DNA of 64,000 nt from an uncultured delta proteobacterium (lineage in GTDB: Bacteria; Desulfobacterota; Desulfobacteria; Desulfobacterales; Desulfatirhabdiaceae), in the NCBI GenBank assembly GCA_963789395.1, contig CAWBKP010000011.1:1-64000 (forward strand), read 5' to 3'. The first letter of the stretch is position 1, and each line of letters opens with the position of its first letter. Position numbers and translations under genes: made by a program. This document shows, piece by piece, positions 54,420-62,568 of the stretch. Below the pieces are notes generated by a model. The model searched no databases. It was not told the DNA's origin and saw only the letters and a list, made by a program, of their open reading frames with translations.

Positions 54420-55429
54420 ACGCACAAAAACAGAACAGCTGCAGCCGTTGTCCCCGCCACCCGACCAGACTGCACCTGGCGGCGTCGGCCATGATGCTGG
54501 TGCTCGGCATTTTGTTACTAAACCCGTTTCAGGCTGCCGCCGGTCAGGCAATGGAAATCCGCCTGGCTTATGGCAAAAAAATTCAGTACGCTCCCCAGAT
54601 CATTGCCACCGAACAGAATTATTTCAAGGCTGAGGGGCTGCTTGTCCACCCTCAGATTCTGTCGACCGGGCCTCAGGCTGCCGAAGCCCTGATCACCGGC
54701 GCTGCGGATGCCGCAGCCATGGGGGATGCGCCCGCTGTATTTGCCGCAGCCTCGGGCCGGTCCTTGAAAATTGTGGCCGCCTACGGCGCCAGCGAGCATA
54801 TGCATAGAATCGTTGCTGCCGCCGACTCCGGCATTCACACGGCTCCGGATCTGAAAGGCAAACGGGTGGCTATCCAGTTCGGTACCAGCACCTATGGTGC
54901 GTTCCTGCTCTTTTGCCGGAAACACGGTATTGAAAAAACTGAACTGATCCTGATCAATCTAACACCGACCGATATGCCGGCAGCCATGCAGAGCGGCCAG
55001 ATCGATGCCGCGGTAGGAAGCGAGCCCTGGCCGAGCAATATCGAGGAAACGGTTGCCGGCAGCTATCCGGTGACATCGCTGGCCGGGCTGGGTAACGAAT
55101 TCCCCCATGTGATGGTCATTACCGAAAAGCTGATCACGCAAAATCCCGAAGCTGTCGCAGCCTTGCTGCGCGCCATGAATCGGGCCATCGAAATGATCAA
55201 CCGCCAGCCGCACCAGGCAGCCGAGATCATTGCCAGGGTCACCGGCGTTCCGGTACAGCGTGAATTCAAAAGCCTGCAAACGATCCACTGGCAGCTGCGC
55301 ATGGACTCAAACATCCGCAACAGCCTGCTTCAAACAGCGGATTTGCTCAAACAGCAAAACAAGCTGCCGATTTCCGCAGACATCAACAGCACCATTGACG
55401 AAGCCCCCTTGAAAGCCATCCAACCATAG
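54416..55429 (+). CDS. SsuA/NMT1-like ABC substrate-binding protein
   Basis: Signal peptide; DLKGKRVA, GQIDAA..EPW. Confidence 0.88.
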   Translation: MNAQKQNSCSRCPRHPTRLHLAASAMMLVLGILLLNPFQAAAGQAMEIRLAYGKKIQYAPQIIATEQNYFKAEGLLVHPQILSTGPQAAEALITGAADAAAMGDAPAVFAAASGRSLKIVAAYGASEHMHRIVAAADSGIHTAPDLKGKRVAIQFGTSTYGAFLLFCRKHGIEKTELILINLTPTDMPAAMQSGQIDAAVGSEPWPSNIEETVAGSYPVTSLAGLGNEFPHVMVITEKLITQNPEAVAALLRAMNRAIEMINRQPHQAAEIIARVTGVPVQREFKSLQTIHWQLRMDSNIRNSLLQTADLLKQQNKLPISADINSTIDEAPLKAIQP

Positions 55430-55589
55430 GGTACGTACATAAATATATAATTTATTGTGGCCGCACACTATTATTCAATACCCACATCAGCACATAGAGG
55501 CGTCGACAAAGCATCAGAATTATGCCTTCCTTCGATAATTTCTGGCAGTAGAACACCCACTATTTTATCTTTTGAAGATTTCATTTTAC

Positions 55590-55630
55590 TTGACAAGGTA
55601 ATTCATTAGTATATAAACATATATTTATAT
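55590..55630 (+). promoter_or_regulatory. sigma70 promoter with overlapping palindrome (likely ArsR operator)
   Basis: TTGACA-16 nt-TATAAA; ATATAAA-CATATA-TTTATAT at 55611-55630. Confidence 0.65.
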
Positions 55631-55640
55631 GTTTTAATGA

Positions 55641-56054
55641 ATGGAGGATAATGTGGAGACATTCAACAGATCGGAGAGCTCAAAACAATGCGCCAGTAAA
55701 ATGGCAGCAGAGACAGCGTTGTTTGAGATCCACCCGGACACGCCCTCCCTGCTCGATGAACATTTTCAGACCGTTTCTTTTCTGGCCAAAAGCCTCTCGG
55801 ATGAAAACCGCCTGCGGATTCTGCTTTGTATCAGCAGCGGGAAAAAATCCGTGGGCGGTATCGTTGAAGAACTCGGACTGTCCCAGCCTCTTGTCTCGCA
55901 CCACCTCAAGGAGCTCAAGCGCTCTTTGCTGGTCAGGATCGAACGCAGCGGCCCTTTTATCTATTATGAACTCTCGGATGCCAGAATCCTGGACGTTGTC
56001 CGGACGCTGACCACGGTGGCAGCGGATCTTCTCGCAGACAGAAAGACTTTTTAG
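55641..56054 (+). CDS. ArsR/SmtB-family repressor
   Basis: KSLSDENRLRIL, LGLSQPLVSHHLKEL, YYEL. Confidence 0.9.
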   Translation: MEDNVETFNRSESSKQCASKMAAETALFEIHPDTPSLLDEHFQTVSFLAKSLSDENRLRILLCISSGKKSVGGIVEELGLSQPLVSHHLKELKRSLLVRIERSGPFIYYELSDARILDVVRTLTTVAADLLADRKTF

Positions 56055-56078
56055 CACAACGGAGGGAATGACTTACCC

Positions 56079-56529
56079 ATGGAAGCAATTCAAAATATTT
56101 TTGACAGGATGGACCCGCAGAAAGCCCTCACGGAGATATCCAAAGTGTTGAAAGTGCTTTTCTCAACTTTGGGTGAAGAGGCGCGTTCAGAATTCTTGTG
56201 GGAACTGATGGGAGAGTCCGGAGGAGACAAGGTCTCAAGTCTGGTCCATCTCTGACTGGCCGAATGCATGGGCGAAGGTGTCGACCCGACGCAAATGTGC
56301 CAGAGGCTGGTGGATAAGGTTGCTCAGTCAAAGCAGCTGATGGCGATGACCGACCCGGATCTTCTGGTGTTGTTCGAGGACTGGTTTGAAGAGCTGGAAG
56401 AGGAGATCCTATCACGTAACAAAGAGCATGGTCCTCTCAATCCAGAAGAACTTGCCTAAAATGACGGGGCTTTCCCTGAGGGGGGCAACATTTCTCCTTT
56501 CAAAGCTCCATCGTGAGGGAAAAGTATAG
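56079..56529 (+). CDS. Hypothetical selenoprotein (TGA at 56253-56255; probable frameshift near 56457)
   Basis: 58 codons, then VHL-TGA-LAECMGEG in frame with ORF 56268-56459; hairpin 14 nt after the TGA; HTH-like tail LAKMTGLS..EGKV in shifted frame. Confidence 0.7.
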
Positions 56530-56568
56530 AACTTGAACAGTTTTTTATTCGACAGAAAGGGTTCTTTC

Positions 56569-58322
56569 ATGCAGAACAAGAAAACGACATTCATAGCTTT
56601 TGTGGCGGTATTGCTCACGGTGGGAGCCCTCTGGTTCACCAATCGCGCCGTTACTCCCAAGCAGGCCACATGGGACGATGTTTTGGCCGAAGGGAAAAAC
56701 GGGGGGCTACGGAATCATTACCACCGAAGCGCTTTCCGAACTTTATCAAAAAGACGCCGGCAGCCTTCTTCTGGTGGACACCCGTCAGGAGTGGGAGTAC
56801 CGGACAGGGCATCTCAAGGGTGCGGTGAACTTTCCCATGGAGCCCACCGCTTGGTCGAGATGGCGCAAGGCTTCGGCGCTTGAAACCTTCCTGGGGCCGG
56901 ACAAGAATCGCACCATCATCTTCTACTGAGCGGGCCTTACTTGAGTCCGCAGCGACTCGGCGGCCCGTGTGGCCGTAAAACTTGGCTATAAAAACGTTTA
57001 TCGTGACCCTTACGGCTATCCTGAATGGCAGGCAAGGGGATTGCCCGTTGACGAGCGCCCCGGCTGGTCTGGCGCAATCAGGTGAAGCCCCCAAAGCACC
57101 GGGGCCTCTCTACGGCTGGGCCATGATCTGGACGCTTCTTGGCATTTTTGTCGGCGGCATGGCTTTAAACCTGACCCCGTGCATCTACCCCCTGATCCCC
57201 ATTACCGTCTCCTACTTTGGCGGCCAGGCCGCAAAGGAAGGCGAAGGCCAGGGAAAGCTCGTGGCACACGGTTTGTGCTACATGATGGGTCTTGCGGTTA
57301 CCAACTCCGTGCTCGGGGTGGTTGCCTCCCTGACAGGCGGCCTCATGGGCGCGATGCTCCAAAATCCCATTGTTCTTATTGTTGTGGCGGCGGTTCTCAT
57401 CGTTTTTGCAACAAGTCTCTTCGGGCTGTGGGAGATGCGTCTTCCAAGCGGGCTGACGCAGGCTGCCGCAAAATCCTATACGGGATACTTCGGAAGCCTG
57501 TTTATGGGCCTGACCCTCGGGGTGGTCGCAGCCCCCTGCATCGGTCCTTTCGTGCTGGGGCTTCTCACCTGGGTGGCGAGCATGGGAAGCCCCTGGCTCG
57601 GATTCCTGATCTTTTTTACCTTGAGCCTTGGCCTGGGACTGCCCCTCTTTTTCCTTGCCATGTTCTCGGGGCAACTGAAAAAACTTCCCCGCTCGGGCGG
57701 CTGGATGATCTGGGTGAGAAAGCTCATGGGCTGGGTGCTGGTGGCAATGGCCGTGCATTTCATCAGGCCTGTTCTTCCCGGTCACTGGGGAACCATTCTG
57801 ATTGCCCTTGTCGCTCTGGCCGCGGGGCTGCACCTGGGGTGGATCGACAAAAGTCAGGCCAACTTCCGGGCTTTCCCCTGGCTTAAGGGCGGAGCCGGCA
57901 TCACGTGTCTGGTTCTGGCCACATTCCTCATCGCGTCATGGGCCATGCGGGGACCGGGCGTTACCTGGAAGCCCTATTCGGAGGAAACGCTGAAAGAGGC
58001 CCAAAACTTGAAAAAGCCCGTCATCATCGATTTCTATGCCACATGGTGCACGCCGTGCCGGGAGATCGAGGAAGTCACCCTTCACGATCCTTTGGTCGTA
58101 AAGCAGGCGGAAAGCGACTTTGTCATGATCAAAGTGGATGTGACCAAGGGCGGCAACCCTTTGCATGAGCGGTTGCTGGAACAATACGAGGTCAAAGGGG
58201 TTCCGACCATCGTGTTCCTGGATACCAGCGGCAAGGAAAGGCGGGATCTGCGCCTGGTGGATTACCTACCGTCCGATCAATTCCTTGGCCATATGGCGGA
58301 GCTTAAGAAAAGCGGCAGCTAA
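56569..58322 (+). CDS. Rhodanese-DsbD(TM)-thioredoxin fusion with two Sec codons (56927, 56942; frameshifts near 56705 and 57055)
   Basis: LVDTR..EY..GHLKGA, IIFY-TGA-AGLT-TGA-VRS..A..LGYKNVY..GYPEW; LTPCIYP, APCIGP, FYATWCTPC. Confidence 0.8.
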
Positions 58323-58338
58323 AGAAAGGAGAGAAAAA

Positions 58339-58653
58339 ATGCTGAAGGTAAGATTTTTCTTGAATGAGCCCAATGGGAAGCCGTGAAAGGGTTTTCTCGA
58401 AATGATGCCCAGGTTGGGCGAAAAATACAAGGATATCGAGATCGAAGTCATGTCCAAACCCGTTGCGGAATACCAGACCGATGAATACTTTGAACTGGAG
58501 CTGCCGGTTGCGCCGGCCGTCATGGTCGGTGATGAGATCGTGGTCGAAGGCGCCAGTGTTTCACAGGACAAAGTGGAAAAGGTCATCTGCCGATGTCTGG
58601 GGATATCCGAGCCGGAACAGAAGGGAATTCTGGGTCGTCTTTTTGGAAAATAG
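58339..58653 (+). CDS. Thioredoxin-like selenoprotein (TGA at 58384-58386)
   Basis: AAGGAG RBS; MLKVRFFLNEPNGKP-TGA-KGFLE in frame with ORF 58402-58653 (APAVMVGDE). Confidence 0.78.
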
Positions 58654-58712
58654 ATCTGGAATCGAACAGGAGCCGCTTAGATCCTGGGCAAAAATATATT
58701 TGGAGAGACGTG

Positions 58713-58995
58713 ATGCCATTTACAGAAGATATTTTAAAAGCACCTTTAAGTGAGACTGGTCTGCTACTGTTCGAATGTGACCAAGGGCCGGATCATGGCT
58801 GCGATTCATGAAGGCGCGCGCAGTCTGGAGGATATCAAAAGCGCCACAGGCGCCTGTACGGCCGGAAAATGCAAGGAACTGAGCCCCAGAAAGCGCTGAT
58901 GCGCACGGGAAATAAACATTCTCCTGGGCAGGAGAAACGCTGACCGTGCAGATGAACAACTCACCGAAGAGGGAGAAAAATGGAAACGCAAATAA
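58713..58995 (+). CDS. BFD-like [2Fe-2S] protein with Sec (TGA at 58897-58899; frameshift near 58757)
   Basis: VCYCSNVT..I..AI..GA.SLEDIK..TGAC..GKC...SPRKR-TGA-C. Confidence 0.78.
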
Positions 58996-60359
58996 CGCAA
59001 AAAGATCTCGAGCAAATCGCCGCCGGCATCCGTGATAAGTATTCCAGGGTTGCAGACAGTCCGCAAGGCCAGTTTAAATATCCCACCGGCCGCGCCGGGC
59101 TTGAAACGCTTAAATATGATGCCGCTTTAATCAATAGTCTGCCGGACGATGTCGCTGCTTCATACTGCGGCGTGGGCAACCCCTTTTCTCTCGGTGCGAT
59201 CCGTAAAGGCGATGCGGTTCTGGATATCGGCTGCGGCGCAGGGGTGGATACGATTATTGCCGCAATGATGACAGGCGCTGAAGGAAAGGCAGTCGGTGTG
59301 GATATCGTACCGGAGATGCTTCAGCGGGCAGAGGCCAACCTGAGGCTGACTGATCTGAAACATGTCACCTTTCAATCCGCCTCCGGAGAACATCTGCCCT
59401 TTCCCGATGCGCATTTCGACGCCGTGATTTCCAATGGGGTCATCAACCTGATTCCGGATAAAGATGCGGCCATGCGTGAAATTCTTCGGGTGCTGAAGGC
59501 AGGCGGAAGACTGATGATCGCCGATCAGGTGATGGCGGGCGGCACGCCAAAAAGCCTCAAGGACCGCCTCTCCAGCTGGTTTCAGTGAGAGGGCGGCGCC
59601 ATACCGGGAAAGGATTTCCTGGCCCTGATTGAAAAAATCGGATTTACGGATGCGGAGTTGGTTTCTGAAACCGGCCTGAACAGTACCCCCAAAACCAGGG
59701 GTGTCCTGATTCGTGCGAGAAAACCCGAAAAAACAGACCAAACGAAAAGACCCGTTTTAATGGACGCCGATAGCATGGGGGATCGGATCGCTATGAAACC
59801 CAAAAAAAGTCCGCCCTCGATAGCTGCGGTACTGGAAAAAGCCTTTGCGCTTGGCGTCGAAAAAGCCAAAGTTATCGACACCAGCACGGTAACTGTTGAG
59901 AAATGGGTGCGATGGAAATGTCTTTACGGGTGCCCCTTTTACAATAAAGACGCTTATCATCCTCCCATTGCCCCGGATATCAACGAAACCAGGCTTGTTC
60001 TCGGCGAATATTCCAAAGCGATACTCCTGAACAGTTCCAAGGGAAAGGCGCTCTCGGATATCGCAATTCAGCTGGAGCAGGAAGCCTATCACATGGGATT
60101 TTACAAAGCATTTGCCCTTACAGCCCTGCCATCGGGTCCGGATGAAGGCGCCGATACGGGCGCAACCTGACCTTCCGGAGAAAACGAGGGCCCGTGCGGC
60201 CTTCCAAAAAACAAAACGAATAAGCAGCAAATCAGGCCCATGATGGAAGCCTGTGGTATTGACGTTTTCCGAACTGCCAGAAATAACGGTTTCGAGATAG
60301 ATACTGAAAAAGAAACCTATGGCCATTGGAATTATTTTGCGTTGGTGTTAATCGAGTAG
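58980..60359 (+). CDS. ArsM-like SAM methyltransferase fused to DUF2284, with two Sec codons (59586, 60168)
   Basis: YCGVGNP, LDIGCGAG, ISNGVINL, WFQ-TGA-EGGA; KCLYGC..., GAT-TGA-PSG...RPMMEACGIDV...VLIE-TAG, all in one frame. Confidence 0.85.
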
Positions 60360-60455
60360 CCGGGCTGGCAATGCAACACGGTTTGGCAATTGTAACTTTA
60401 TTAAGATTTTGTTTGAGGTTTAACAGCGTGTTACAACCCATATCAAGGAGGAACA

Positions 60456-60972
60456 ATGGCGGTAATCGAAAAATTTCTGGGACAACGGGTAACCCTGCCC
60501 GATAACCTGCGCTATTATATAAAACAGGGGCTTTGGGCAAGACTGGACGACAGCACCATTACCTTTGGCTTTTCCGAACCGGCCCTGACACTTTCCGGCG
60601 GAATCCAGGACCTTAACTTTCTGGCGGAAGACGGCGAAACAGTTGAACAGGGCCAGTCCGTACTTTTTGCAATCACCGGCAAGATCCTGTATATCGACTC
60701 TCCGGTTCAGGGCATCATCCGCTTCAACGCCTCAGCCAAAGCCGATCCACCGGCTATCAACCAGGATCCCTACGCCAAGGGCTGGCTCTTTGCCGTGACC
60801 CCTGAAGGCGCTGCTGACACGTGCCTACCAGGAACTTTCGGACTGCGCAGCTTATCTGGAAAGCCTTCAGAGCAGCGAAGGGTTCAAAAACCCGGAAGGG
60901 CTGAAAGGCGGAGTCAGCGGCGTATGCAAGGCGGTATATTCTGGGATCCGGATGCAGAAGATTCAGCAATAA
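60456..60972 (+). CDS. Glycine cleavage H-protein-like lipoyl carrier (frameshift near 60822)
   Basis: LRY...W...TFG, GETV..G, TGK, SPVQG, INQDPY.KGWL; true stop TAA at 60970 precedes the next RBS. Confidence 0.75.
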
Positions 60973-60983
60973 GGAGATTTGTA

Positions 60984-61280
60984 ATGGGCGAGGTCTTTGT
61001 TGAAATTGTGGCCAAGCAGAAAGGGTGCATCCTTTGCGATCTGGCCATCGGCATACTTGAAGAAATTGCACCGGAGTTTGCAACTGGAATGCTGCGCTGG
61101 TCCGTGGTGGATGTAGGCAGCAGAAGCGGCCTCAGCCGCATGGAAGAACTTTCCCGCTGCTGCGGAAACAAACCGGCGATTCCCTCCATCGTCATCAACG
61201 AAAAAATTGCCTTCGATCATATCCCGGACATGGATGCCCTCACCCAGGCAATCCGGGAGAGAATCGCCCAAACAGCGTAA
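60984..61280 (+). CDS. Thioredoxin-fold CxxC protein
   Basis: AAGGAG RBS; VEI...GCILC, IPSIVINEKIAFDHIP. Confidence 0.78.
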   Translation: MGEVFVEIVAKQKGCILCDLAIGILEEIAPEFATGMLRWSVVDVGSRSGLSRMEELSRCCGNKPAIPSIVINEKIAFDHIPDMDALTQAIRERIAQTA

Positions 61281-61344
61281 CGGGCCTGAATAACGTTACC
61301 AAATGTCCTTGACAGCATTCCGGACAGATGCTAACCAAATAGAA

Positions 61345-62484
61345 ATGGATAAACCCACCGAATCTATCCTCCTGGTAGACGATCAACCGGCCAACCTTCA
61401 GTTGCTTTCTCAGACACTGGAGAACCTCGGGTGCAAATTGCTGTTTGCAAAAAACGGCGAATCGGCCCTGGCGATTGCACAAAAAGCGCTTCCGGATCTC
61501 ATTTTGCTGGACATCATGATGCCGGGAATCGACGGATTTGAAGTATGCCAACGGTTGAAAAAAAATCCGGACACCCGGAAAATTCCCGTGATTTTTCTTT
61601 CCGCCCTGGATGAGACCGGAGACAAGGTGCGCGGACTGCAGCTCGGAGCTGTCGACTATGTCGCCAAGCCATTCCAGCCAGAGGAAGTGATCGCCCGCGT
61701 GAACACCCACCTGACCATTCACCGGCTGAACAGCGAAGTGCAGCAGCAGCGGGACGAACTCGAGCACGAACTGCAGGTCGTTTCGCAACTCCAGCGAAAT
61801 CTGCTGCCCGAGCGGCTGCCCGAAATCACCGGGTTGACACTGGCTGTTCATTATGAAACCAGCCGGTATACAGGCGGTGATTATTACGATGTGGCCGCGC
61901 TTCCGGACGGCCGGCTGGCCTTTCTGGTGGCCGATGCGGAAGGCCACAGCGCACCTGCGACAGTCATGATGGCCATGACCTGCGCCTTGTTCCGCTCCTG
62001 TTCAACCTGTCTGGGAGAGCCGGATCAGATGCTTTCCTACCTCAACGAAAATCTGTGCAAGGTAAACAAGGGAAGCTTTGTCACGGCGATATACGCTGTT
62101 TACGATCCACCTTCCGGAATAATCAAAATGGCACGTGCCGGCAATCCGCTGCCCATCCGCTACAGACCCTCGGAGAGATCGGCGACAGAGCTGCCCTGTG
62201 AGGGCGTGCTGATCATGGGCATAGAGCCTTACACCGAGGTCCCGGTTACCGAGGTCACGCTCCAACCCGGCGACAGATTGCTCTTTTATACAGACGGTGT
62301 CACCGACCGATTCAGCGAAAAGCGGGAACCCTACGGAACAACCCGCCTGTTGCAGCAATTTGCTGCTGCCGGCACTGGTGACCCTGCCGGCACCCTCAAG
62401 GGCATTATCGATGATCTGTCCCGGTTCGCCGGGAACCGCCCGGCCGACGACGATCAGGCGATGCTGATGATTGCCGTCGAATAG
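61345..62484 (+). CDS. Response regulator with PP2C/SpoIIE phosphatase domain
   Basis: ILLVDD, LDIMMP, KPF; GGDYYD, ADAEGH, YTDG, DD. Confidence 0.92.
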   Translation: MDKPTESILLVDDQPANLQLLSQTLENLGCKLLFAKNGESALAIAQKALPDLILLDIMMPGIDGFEVCQRLKKNPDTRKIPVIFLSALDETGDKVRGLQLGAVDYVAKPFQPEEVIARVNTHLTIHRLNSEVQQQRDELEHELQVVSQLQRNLLPERLPEITGLTLAVHYETSRYTGGDYYDVAALPDGRLAFLVADAEGHSAPATVMMAMTCALFRSCSTCLGEPDQMLSYLNENLCKVNKGSFVTAIYAVYDPPSGIIKMARAGNPLPIRYRPSERSATELPCEGVLIMGIEPYTEVPVTEVTLQPGDRLLFYTDGVTDRFSEKREPYGTTRLLQQFAAAGTGDPAGTLKGIIDDLSRFAGNRPADDDQAMLMIAVE

Positions 62485-62568
62485 CATTCGCGCGGCTTCC
62501 CCCGGGCAGTGCCGACGCACGGATTCACAGTTGCACGAAGATGCTGTAAACAGTCCGGATGAAAGGAT

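Noticed and set aside
11494..60359. Genome-wide UGA reassignment to Trp or Gly (codes 4/25)
   Set aside because: Many genes end normally at TGA, often in ATGA overlaps. Trp uses TGG, and the internal TGAs that can be aligned match Cys.
60456..61280. GcvH-thioredoxin fusion shown in the ORF track
   Set aside because: Artefact of one indel; the alternative frame ends at TAA 60972, followed by an RBS and ATG 60984.
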